DNA of 64,000 nt from the human T2T-CHM13v2.0 reference genome, Homo sapiens. Under the pieces are notes generated by a model. That model was not told the DNA's origin. It was given only the letters and a program-made list of their open reading frames with translations, and did no database searches. Position numbers and translations under genes: made by a program. Each line of letters starts with the position of its first letter. Positions within the stretch are counted from its first letter, which is position 1. The stretch is from assembly GCF_009914755.1 (NCBI RefSeq), contig NC_060936.1. One strand, given 5' to 3'. Below are positions 44,200-55,652 of this stretch, one piece after another.

Positions 44200-44650
44200 A
44201 ATAATGAAACTGGCACAAAACCAAGTTCCAGAATCAGAGGATATGTTGTTTAATGTGAATGTCATTCCTCAGAAGGAAGAGGTGACATAGTACAGATTGC
44301 TATTCTGGATCTAATTCTGACCCACAAAGATGGAACTGATTAGTGAAATGGAAGTGAAGAAAAATCTTTGAGAGAAAGTAACCACGTCACTGAGTTTCTG
44401 GTAGCCAAGGAGATAAGGTGAAATATGTGTCCAGGGTTATGAAAAACTTGACTTCAAACAGTTAAAGGCTATGATTTTCATAGCTTGAGACTGTATGAGG
44501 GAAAAGGTTCAAAGAGGGTTAAATTCAGTCAGAACAGTGACTTTGGAATTCAGTGAAGAGGAGTGAATGGAATGCCTAGAGACCTCACCAGTGAATTCAG
44601 ATTTGGAGATATCTGGCAGAGAATAAGCACAACTAAGAAAGTGGTACCCA
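44200..44650 (+). mobile_element. CR1/L3 LINE endonuclease-region remnant
   Basis: GCTATTCTGGATCTAATTCTGACC = AILDLILT, an APE-domain motif typical of CR1/L3. Confidence 0.6.
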
Positions 44651-44699
44651 TATTTCAACGTTTTAAAAGCGCAAGTCATAAAGCAAAAGCTGGGGAGCT

Positions 44700-46060
44700 T
44701 CATTATTAAAAAATTAAGGATTTCTGTTCCATAAAGGGCATCATTAACGAAGTTAACGGGCAGATGGCAGAATGGAGAATATATTTGCTTTGTCTAAAAC
44801 TGACAACAGTGTAATATCACCCTAAAATATGTAAGGAACGCCTGCAAATGAACAGGAAAAAGCAACCCAATTTAAAAAAAAGAAGCAAAGAATATGAACA
44901 GGCAATTAATTGCAGAGGAGAAAGCTAATAAATATATGGAAATTTACATTAGTAATCAAATGCAAATTAAACAAATAATGAGATATCACTTTATTCCTAT
45001 CAAACCAGTGATTAGAAATCTAGAAAATAGCACATGTTGGCTGGGTGCAGTGGCTCATGCTTGTAATCCCAGCACTTTGGGAGGCCAAAGCAGGAGAACT
45101 ACTTGACCCCAGGAGTTTGAGACCAGCCTGGGCAACACAGTGGGATCCTATTTCTACAAAAAAATTAAAAAATTAGTTGGGCATGGTGGCATGTGCCTAT
45201 AGTCCCAGCTACTCAGGAGGTTGAAGCAGGAGGATCGGTTGAGCCTGGGAGGCTGCAGTGAGCCATAATTACACCACTGCACCCCAGCCTAGACAGCAGA
45301 GTGAGACTCTGCCTCAAAAAGAAAAAAAAAAAAGAAAAGAAAAGAAAAAGAAAAATTGCAAGTGTTGTCAGACGTGGAAATACAGAATCTTGCACTGCTG
45401 CAAGATTGGTTCCACCACTTTTGGAAAGCGATATGGCATTACTCGGACACATTAAACAGATTTATACCCAGTAGCCCAGCAGCAATTCCTCCCCTAAGTA
45501 ACATAAAACAAATTATTTACAAGTTCACAAGGGGATTCAATGCAGGGTTATTTGTAGTAGCATGGAGTTGGAAGCAGCATGGGAGCTCATCAATGGAAGA
45601 GTGGACAGATGCATACCGCGGACTATTAGGCATCAATGTGAAGTAACAGATTAAATATTAACATCTGGCAACGTGGATGGAGCCAAAAAACAGTGCTTAG
45701 GTTAAACAAATATAAGTAATGAGACAAATATCTCAGTAGGTTTGAAGTACATTTAATAATGCATGCTCACGAAATAATAACTATGTTTAGAAAACACATA
45801 AATGGAAATATCCACATTAAGCACATTAGAAAATTGCCTATTGTAGTGAGAAAATGGGACTTGAAGGGTATAAATAAATAAATAAATAAATAAAACAAGA
45901 GGGCCTCACTGTCATGGTCTGATGATAGTATGCCATGAACTGAGGAGTATGACTAACTCAATCCTTTCAGGAACAAACAAAACTTTAAAACATAGCAAAA
46001 AAAAAAACATAAATCATAACACCACCTGAAAGATGGAATGAGGAAAAACTTGCAAAAAAG
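44700..46060 (+). mobile_element. Old L1M (L1ME-like) 3' region
   Basis: ATGCAAATTAAACAAATAATGAGATATCACTTTATTCCTATCAAAC and related L1 3' phrases. Confidence 0.75.
45039..45355 (+). mobile_element. Alu (AluJ-like)
   Basis: Diverged dimer with A-rich tail. Confidence 0.9.
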
Positions 46061-46066
46061 AAAACT

Positions 46067-46412
<346 letters not shown>

Positions 46413-47339
46413 CTGACCGCAAAATGGGCTCTTATTTTGAGCATGTACAAAACACAGGTAAGTCTGATGGTCTCGGTACATGCGATACTGTTAACAGTTG
46501 GAAGAGGGGAGAAACATTTCTGGAGGTGCTAACTGAAGTGCTTGAAATACTTTATGTTATTTAATCCTCATAACCACACTGAAGCATCGTTGCCCTAGTT
46601 AAGCCTCTTCAGCTAAGACTCTTCAGTTGCAAGAAACAGAAACCCATTTCAGACAGCTTTAAGCCAAACAACAACAACAAAAACATTTGTTATATGGGCG
46701 TAAGGTTATTTCACAGAACCCAAGAGTGAGAATGCAGCTGGGTCTTCAAGGCTGACCCAAACCAAGTGCTCCTTGAGGATCTAAATATATTTTTCATCTC
46801 CTAGATAAACCATATTTCTATATGTTAAACTGAATATTTCAGAGGAAGTCACTAATAATAGGTGTCTCGGGGGCTTCCGTGAAGGTTCAGGGCTCTGGAC
46901 ATTCCCACTCCACTCCTATCAGAACAGCTCTGTTTTTATTTGGTTAATACATCAGGATTCTGCCTAAGAGTTCATTGAGGAAATAGCACTACAGCACCTC
47001 CTCTGGCCAGATACTGTGCAAAGAATTACAAAATAAATCACAGACGAGTGGAGAAGATAGGAAAGTAAATACACTCTAAAACAATAAAGGAGTACAGTGA
47101 CAGAAAAACGCACAGATTATTAAGGGAACTCAAAGAAAGTCTAGTAAGCCCAGAAAGGGGTAGGGCTTATGGGAGGTTTCACGGAGTGGATACCTGGAAA
47201 GGGGAGGTAAGGCAGCTCAAAGGACACTGTTGTTCAACGGAGGGAAGCGGATTCAACAATTATACAATTCGCTGAGTCGGGGCTTTCACTGCGAAAGAAC
47301 TTGGCTTCGGATCCGTGATCAAGGCTGGGAGCTATGGAG

Positions 47340-48400
47340 GTGGATGTGATTGGCAAAGACCTCTGCTCAGGTCTGCGTCAAACCTTGCTTCGCTCCCATC
47401 CCATTCTGCGCCAATAGGGCGCAGTATCCCAACCATTCCACTCGGCTAGGAGGGGATCCTAAGCCTCAAGGTCCGCATCTCCCGCTGGAGGGACTGAGCA
47501 GCCGCACTGGTGTCCCAGAATAGATCGTGTTCCCCAGAGGTTGTCAGGTTCCCGCAATTCGGCGCGGGCGAGGCGGCCAAAGAGAGGGCGCTCATTGGCT
47601 GCCACAGCCCCGGTCCGAGAGGCCGAAGAAGGCTGATTCGTCACAGGCCGTCAGCGCGGGCCACGCCTATTTCCTCTCCAGGTTCTAATTAGGTCAGGGG
47701 CCCTACAGCCTCTTGGGTAGTTTGCAAGTGCGTCGCGGAGCCGGCCTCGGAAATATGGCGACAGCTTCAGCTTTCAGTGTGAGGGAGCCGAGGGCCCAGC
47801 CAAACCCTGCGGGAGGCAATTCCTGGGTACCCTTCCCATATTTTCGGTCTTTGGGCTGCGCCGTGGTAACCTCAGAGCCTGGTTGCGTGCTCACCAGCGA
47901 CAAGTGTCTTTCATTGGGACATGAAAGGGGACTGGGAAGTGCCGTGCAGTTTCAGGGTGGTTTCTGGTTAATTACATTTTCATGGGTTTTCGCAGAGTCT
48001 GGGGGCAATTTGTGTCCTCCAGAGACCAGGGACCAGGGCCGAAGCTACGGCAGGGGAGACGCGGCCAGGGCCGTGGCTTCTAGTGCGAGCTCGGTTCGCG
48101 TCCGTTCCCGTCTGGCGCCCGGGCCTCCGGGAGCCCAGGGCCTTGAATGAGACAGTGCTCGTCCTTGAAAAAGCAGTTCTAGGTCACTCGGCCTGCTTTG
48201 CCAGCATTCCGGGCCCCAGCTCACCTTCCGCCATCCATGTTGACAACACCAGTTCTACGACGAAGCGGGCGATTCCTCTTGCCTGGAATTTCACTCGTCC
48301 CCGGTATCGAACCCCCGCCCCAATTTTCTACGTTACAACTCCAGCGTATTTTTAACGGCGCAGCCAGTATCACCTCCTTGGTATAAAGCCTGCGCTGTCC
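47340..48400 (+). promoter_or_regulatory. Orphan CpG-island promoter (CCAAT, GC-box, ETS-YY1)
   Basis: ATTGG/CCAAT at ~47349, ~47411 and ~47595; GGCCACGCC at ~47659; CGGAAATATGGCG (ETS + YY1) at 47748-47760; CpG-rich. Confidence 0.82.
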
Positions 48401-48463
48401 TGGACCTTCTTAGGAGTGCAGGCTTAGGAACAGGAGCTATGCTGTTCTATTATTTTTCTTTAG

Positions 48464-48607
48464 TTTAATTTTTTTTTTTTAGAGATGGGATCTCGCTGTG
48501 TCGCCCAGGCTAGAGTGCAGTGGCGGGATCATAGCTTACTGCAGGCTGGGGTCAAGCAATCCTCCCGCCTCAGCCTCCTGAGTGTATGGGATTATAGGCG
48601 CAGGCCT
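48464..48607 (-). mobile_element. Alu monomer/partial
   Basis: Poly-T and a single antisense arm. Confidence 0.8.
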
Positions 48608-49087
48608 CTATGCCATTGTAAATGCTGTGGATTTTGAGTATTTGACCTCTATGAGCCTCAGTTTTTGCATCTCAACATTGAGATAATACTAGTACCTCAT
48701 AAGGTTATGTGACGATTAAATGGAAAGCTCTTACAATATAAGTGCTTAATAAGTATGTTATCATATGTGCTTCCAAAGTACTTTGTGTAGGCCTTTTATA
48801 ACGCTTGCCCTTTCTATTACCATTATTTGTTCTTGCCTGCCCTACTAGACTGAGATTCTCAAAAGCTGGAACTGTCTTGTTTATAATCTCAGCGTCTGTC
48901 AGTGCTGGGCAAATGTAAAGCTAAGAAATGATTTCTTAGAAAACTTTTTAAAAGCAGTCTTTCTTCTCCTTTCCCTTTCTTCCTTTCCTTCACTTTTTCC
49001 TCTTTGAGATAGGAATTTTCAAACCTAGAGAAGAAGCTGAGACCCTAGGGGGAAAGATTGGGACCTTTTTGTTGTTGTTCTCAGTGG

Positions 49088-49605
49088 TGACCAAAAGAGC
49101 CTTAACATTCACCTCAGCCTGACAACTTTAGACAGGTTTCTTCTGGATGTTAGGGCCCTGACCTCCCCTTTCTTTGAGTGTTTACTTTAGAAAACTTGTG
49201 ATTGCAAAATTCTTCTCTGCTCCTTTGAAATGTGTATAAATCTCCTTAGAAGCTTATGCCAGTTTTACGACCTAGGGAATGTCTTTCTCAAGGACCTGTG
49301 AGCCATCCCTTTGAAATGTAATCATCAAGGAAGATAGCACCCCTATCTCTCAGTCTCTGTGGGAGGGTGGGAGCCTAACCTCCTGTGGGTGCCTTGTTTG
49401 GAATTGTAAAACTACAGCTTGTTTTGAAGATACAAGAAAGTGTCCTTTTCCTTTGCAGTTAGCAAACACAGATGTCATGTGATTTCCCGTACAGCAGCTC
49501 TTAAAAACTTCCCAGACCCTTGTTTGAGTAGTGTTGAGTTTAATCTCGTATTGCAATAGTCTTAAGGTCTTTCTTGCCTGTTTAACTTTGATGCAAATTT
49601 TGACA
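49088..49605 (+). mobile_element. ERV1 solo LTR (MER31/MER67-like)
   Basis: TG...CA ends, near 4-bp TSD (GTGG/ATGG), CCCTTTGAAATGTAATCATCAAGG hallmark. Confidence 0.72.
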
Positions 49606-49755
49606 ATGGAAATTTTAGGTTCTGCATTTATCGTTTCTTCCCAATTACAGTGGTTTCTCCTTTCTCCTTGTTAAGAAGAGCTTCTCACATCCTCTGATTT
49701 CTGGAGAAATCAATTTGGACTCAAAAGATTGGAGTTTTGTGGAGTGAAGCTACTG

Positions 49756-50105
<350 letters not shown>

Positions 50106-50839
50106 TAGTGTGTGATGCGCAGGAGTGGAAAGGGCAGTACATCTATTTGAGAGCATCCCAAATGAGGTCCATTCATATTATGGAAGTGCACTGCGAAATA
50201 AAGAACAGGCCTACCCCCTTGTTTTATTATGAAGGGGTATGAGAAAAATGCAATTTTCAAAGAAAGAGAACTGCTGAGGATGTAGTACCTTCTCAAAGAA
50301 AGCTGTGTTTGGTTAAGGTGAGAAGCTAGAGGAAGCCACAGAGGGCAGGGTTACAAATTGAAAGACTTCTGCAATGGTAGAGGTAGTATGCAGAAGGGTT
50401 CCTTAAAATACAGGGATCCATGTAAGATGAGGAGGTAAGGTGGAGTAGGATTGAGGTGGAATGAAATGAAAGATGGAAGAGAAAAAGGAAGGCAGTAGGG
50501 GGAGAGGGGAGTTAATTTGGGGTATGGATAACAGGGAAGGAAATAGGTAACCTGAGAAGCTTGGTAGAGGCACTTGCCACTTGCATGGGAAGGGAAATAT
50601 CATGCAGACGGTCCTGTTGCTAAAGGAAGCTAGAGGATTTAGGAGAAGGGGTTTGGCACACTGGCCTCTATCACCCATCCGTCCCCGACAACACACAACA
50701 CAGACAAATTGAGTGCACTGTTGACATTTAGTATCATTCTCCCCCCATGACTGGTGGAAGCTAAGAAGATGAAGTTCAGGGTGCTGATCTTTTTTTTTTC
50801 TTTAACTGACTTTTCTTATGTGAGTACTTACCCCTAGTT

Positions 50840-51187
50840 CCCTCTTTCTTCCCTTCCCTTCCCTCCCTCCCTCCTTCCCTCCCTTCCTTCCTTCCTTCTT
50901 CTTCTTCATTTTTTTTTTTTTTAATGAGACAAGGTCTTGCTGCGTTGCTCAGGCTGGAGTGCAGCAGTGCTATCATTGCTCGTGCAGCCTTAACCTCCCA
51001 GGCTCAAGCAATCCTCCCACCTCAGCCTCCTCAGTAGCTGGGACTACAGGCATGTGCCACCACACCCAGTTCATTTTTTAAATTTTTTGTAGAGATGGGT
51101 CTCCCTATGTTGCCCAGGCAGGTCTCAAACTCCATCCTCAGCCTCCCAAAGTGCTGAGATTACAGTCATGAGCCACTGCGCCCAGCC
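50840..51187 (-). mobile_element. AluJ-like with adjacent (CCTT)n tract
   Basis: CT-rich microsatellite 50840-50907, then antisense Alu. Confidence 0.88.
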
Positions 51188-51696
51188 CTTTTTTTCTTGC
51201 TTCTTTACCTACTTTTCACAGGAATTGGGTAGATGAGGGTAGACCCAGGAAGTGAGAGTGGAATTTGAGAAAGAAAAACAGTAAAATGAAGAGCTGAAAA
51301 ATAAAAGAGTTTATTTCTAAATGTATGTACGAAACTCAGGTTGGGGGACTAGCATGTAAAGGTATATACAAATAAAATGGAGTTAAGTGCACTTATTTAT
51401 TGAATCCTGTTGTGAGAACTTAAGAGGAAAAGAAACTGAGGAAAAAAACTAAGGAAAATCCGAAATTCTCCCGAGGAAGGTCCAAGAAAAAACAATGTGG
51501 AAGTGAAGTCAGAGAGATAACATCAGGACATTGGACATCAGGAGGAACTTTCAGGTCTGATTCTAGTGCCAAGGAAGCCATGAACGCTCTTTCCTGGAGC
51601 CTTTCAGCATAGGAGAGTTACTCATCTGCCAGGGCTGGGGATGGGGTAACTCTCCCATTCCCCAGGTGAAGGAGCTTTCCTTTCAGGGCCTTCCTG

Positions 51697-52650
51697 CTAG
51701 ACAGACTGTGGCTGGGCCAGCCTGGTTCTTCCAAGTGCCCTCACCATGGCCTCCTTAATTTCCTTGTTGCGGAAACTATAAATGATGGGGTTGCACATGG
51801 GGGTAATGATGGTGTACAGGAGGGAGAAAGGTTTGTCTTTGTCAGGCCCATGTGTGCTGTGGGGGTTCATGTAAGAGAACATAGCTGAAGTGTAGAGAAA
51901 GATGACCACAGTCAGGTGAGAGGCACAAGTAGAGAAAGTCTTCCCCCGACCTGAGGAGGAGGCTTTGCTGAGGATGGTGGCCAGGATGTGCACATAGGAA
52001 GTGACAGTGAGCACCATGGGGCTGAGAATTACCACGATGGCATCGGCAAAGATTGCCCACAGACTAAACTGAGGGTCCCCACAAGAGAGGCCAATCACTA
52101 TGGGGGCCTCACAGAAGAAGCTTTCTATGTGGTTGTCTCTGCGGAAGGGCTCTCGGAATGAAATATACTCGAGAAAGATGCCATTGATCAGCCCAAAGAA
52201 CCAGGCAGTTCCCACAAGCCTGACACAGACCTTCTGGCTTATGATCGGGACATAGTTAAGTGGGTAGCAGATAGCAACATAACGGTCATAGGCCATGAAA
52301 GCCAAGAGGATGCACTCGGCCACACCAACACAGAAGACAAAGTACATCTGGGTCATGCAACATACAAAGGAGACAATGTGGTCCCTGACCACGAGGTGGA
52401 TCAACATCTGTGGGATGGTAGTGGTGATGAAGCAGACATCCAGGAGAGACAGATGGCCGAGGAAGAAGTACATGGGGCTGTTGAGCTTGGGGTCTGTCCA
52501 GGAGGTGATAAAGATGATGAGGCCATTCATGGCCATGGTGAGGCTGTAGAGGGCCAAGAAGAGGGCAAAGAGCAATGCTCGTGTGGAAGTGGAGCTCTGC
52601 TGAAAGCCCACGAGGATAAATTCCGTCACTATGCTGCCATTCCTTAGCAT
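51697..52650 (-). CDS. OR10AD1: Olfactory receptor 10AD1, 317 aa, intact single coding exon
   Basis: ATG at 52650 (MLRNGSIVTEFILVGF); OR motifs PMYFFLGHLSLLD, MAYDRYVAICYPL, KTFSTCASHL, PMCNPIIYSFRNKE; pyrimidine tract and CAG acceptor 7 nt upstream of the ATG. Confidence 0.93.
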   Translation of the reverse strand: MLRNGSIVTEFILVGFQQSSTSTRALLFALFLALYSLTMAMNGLIIFITSWTDPKLNSPMYFFLGHLSLLDVCFITTTIPQMLIHLVVRDHIVSFVCCMTQMYFVFCVGVAECILLAFMAYDRYVAICYPLNYVPIISQKVCVRLVGTAWFFGLINGIFLEYISFREPFRRDNHIESFFCEAPIVIGLSCGDPQFSLWAIFADAIVVILSPMVLTVTSYVHILATILSKASSSGRGKTFSTCASHLTVVIFLYTSAMFSYMNPHSTHGPDKDKPFSLLYTIITPMCNPIIYSFRNKEIKEAMVRALGRTRLAQPQSV

Positions 52651-53761
52651 CTGGGGCCTGTTTGAGGAGGAAAGATGATGGGAAAAGCACAAGGGTATAG
52701 CTGTGGGGTAATAGAAGGTACCCACTTGGTCCCAGAAGCCCAATTATAAAACAGGATGGATGAATGGTGGTCAACCTTTTGGAACTTAGTAAACTAGTAA
52801 TTTGGCAGTGTTACGGGGTGGTGAAAATGCCAGGGTCATCACAGGCTGCATACATAGAATCATAATATCAACAGATGAAGAAAGTGCTGGTTGTAATGTT
52901 CTTTACTCTGGTTTCATCAGGCATCAAGTGAAGTATTGCATCTGCTCCAGAGCCCTCAATATTGAAGGATTAGCCATTAACCAGGATGTATTCAGAGGTG
53001 AAAAAATAAGATAATTGGGTCTGGGACCATGCCAACTGAGGAAAAGTTTTAGGAATTGAAGAATGGAGTGTGTGAGGGAAAGGGCTGGTGGCTATCAGGT
53101 TATAGAAGATTGTATTTAGGAAGCACTTGAGATATTTGAAGGTGTATTTTTCTAGAAGCAAAAATGCTCAACCTCTGTGTACCTAATTTAAAATGATGAA
53201 TGGGTTGAAGTTTCAGGGAAAATAAAAACATTCTAATCCTCACAATTGTCCCTCAGCTAACAGTGATTTGCACCTTTTTGGAGACAGTCATGTCAAGCTC
53301 TTCCCAGTCACCCACCTCTTCCCAGACTCACTCGCCCAGCAGTTGCTGCTGCTACCGCAGCCACCCATGCTGTGCATGCTGGAGCTGAGGGCTGGGTGGG
53401 GGCTCATGCATGCCTTCCTAATAGGAGATGGTTTTCCTCCTGGGGCTGGAATTTACGGTTACACACAATTGGGTGGAAAGGATCCAACCATCCCTGTGTG
53501 AAAAGGGAAGCTATGAGCAGGGCATATATCTAACCTTTCTAGAATGGACCTTCAGAGAACTTTCAACTGTCTCTTTGTCTCTGGCAACAAATCTTGTTCT
53601 TTTTCCATTTTCAAAGAATGAGCGGTCACAATTCTTATGCTCTTATCTCTCTATTGTAACTTTTAGGAAGTTGTTATGTTCATATTAAGTCTGTCTTATA
53701 CTTTTCATGTTGTTTTGGAGCTAAGATGTATCAGATCCCTTCCACCTTCAGATGCTTATAC

Positions 53762-53903
53762 TTTTTTTTTTTTTTTTAAGAATTTATAGAGACAGGTACT
53801 CACTATGTCACCTGTGCTGGTCTTGAACTTCTGGCTTTAAGTGATTCTCCTGCCTTGGCCTCCCAAAGTGCTGGGATTACAGATGTGAGCTACTGCACCC
53901 ATC
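53762..53903 (-). mobile_element. Alu left monomer (FLAM)
   Basis: TSD CTTCAGATGCTTATA. Confidence 0.87.
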
Positions 53904-54974
53904 CTCATCTTCAGATGCTTATAGATGATAAGTATATTCCTGCTTAACTTTCAGTTCTGCCAACCATTTCTCTTTATTTTCTCCTCTCCTACTCTCTTTT
54001 CTACACACTCTCACACTACCCTCTGTTAGTCTTTTTTCGTTTTTCAGTCTACTTCCAATCCTCATTCTTCTCCCTCTCCTTTTCTCATTTGTGGTGTTGG
54101 TTGCCTGCCGTTTATCTTACTCTGGTCAAACTCCCCTGTCTTCTCCATGTCTCTCAATCTCACATATTCTCTATCTGGATTTAGAGCTACCTACCCTTTC
54201 ACTGCCACTCCTTGCAGCTCTAGATTCCCTCTAGGTATGATTTGATGTTAGGTCAAGGTAGCGTCTGGGCAGTAGGCTATTCCCATCATCTTTACTTTGG
54301 GATACTTTTCTTGTGCCTAGGACTTCTCTTGGGGGCCCAGAAAGGGAAGGGAAGGGCAGAGAGCACTGTTTAAGATGTTTCTTGGAAGACTGTGCTCAAT
54401 GGACATGTTGGGGCTTAGGTCACAGTCTGGGGAAAACAAGTCAGTGAGCTACCTCCAGAAAAGCCTGGGATTTGTCTAAGAATAAACTGAGGTTAGACCT
54501 GAGGAATTACTTGGTCCTACTGGAGGATAAATGCTTACCTGTGGTTTATTGTGCCAGAAAGAATTCTGTGATACCCAGCATTTAGTGCCTTGCTAGCTAC
54601 CATTAGAGGTTACTAGGTGAAGGATTTGTCTAAATAAATGGGACAATTTCATGGAAATCACATCCTACCTCATTCTGTTGCTTGGCTGATAATGATGTTT
54701 GTCACTGAATCAAGTAACAAGTAACAGAAAACATCTCATAGTGTTTGAAGAGAAGCTGGTCCAAGTAGGATCATCTGACCTGGCAGGCCACTCTGGAAGA
54801 GAAGGTGTGTCTGATGACTTTGTTCTTTGACATCTATACTATTAGAGATGAATGTCTACTTAAATGACATTGATAAGTTTCATGTGTATACACTTAATAG
54901 TAGAGGTGTGAAAACTTACATGCCCCTCGAAGAAGTGAAAGATGTGCCACCCCCAAATATACCAGACTGGTACA

Positions 54975-55235
<261 letters not shown>

Positions 55236-55265
55236 TATTGATTATTTTGTGTTAAAAACACTGAA

Positions 55266-55333
55266 GGCCGGGCGCGGTGGCTCATGCCTGTAATCCCAGC
55301 AGTTTGGGAGGCCAAGGCGGGCAGATCACCTGA
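55266..55333 (+). mobile_element. Alu 5' fragment
   Basis: GGCCGGGCGCGGTGGCTCATGCC...GATCACCTGA, then breaks off. Confidence 0.88.
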
Positions 55334-55652
55334 CTGTAAGGTCATAAACAAGCTTAGGTAACCATTATTTAAGATTTAAGATTTTATTTAAGATTATATT
55401 AAGGGTGGTACAGTAAAGCTGGAAAAGAAAAAATGGTATAAGAAGTAGAAATGAAAAACAAAACTCTATTTACAGATGATATGATTGTCTTCATAAAAAC
55501 TAAAAGGATGCACAAATAATTTATTAAAATTAATAGAATTTAACAAGTTTACTGGATACAAAATCAATATGCAAAAATCTAATTGCAATTCTGTTACCAG
55601 CAAACAAATTAGAAAATGTAATTTTAAGATACCATTTTAAATACTATGCAAA

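Noticed and set aside
52651-52743. 31-aa N-terminal extension of the OR in the ORF track
   Set aside because: Starts at a non-ATG codon and runs through the polypyrimidine tract and splice acceptor, so it is intronic.
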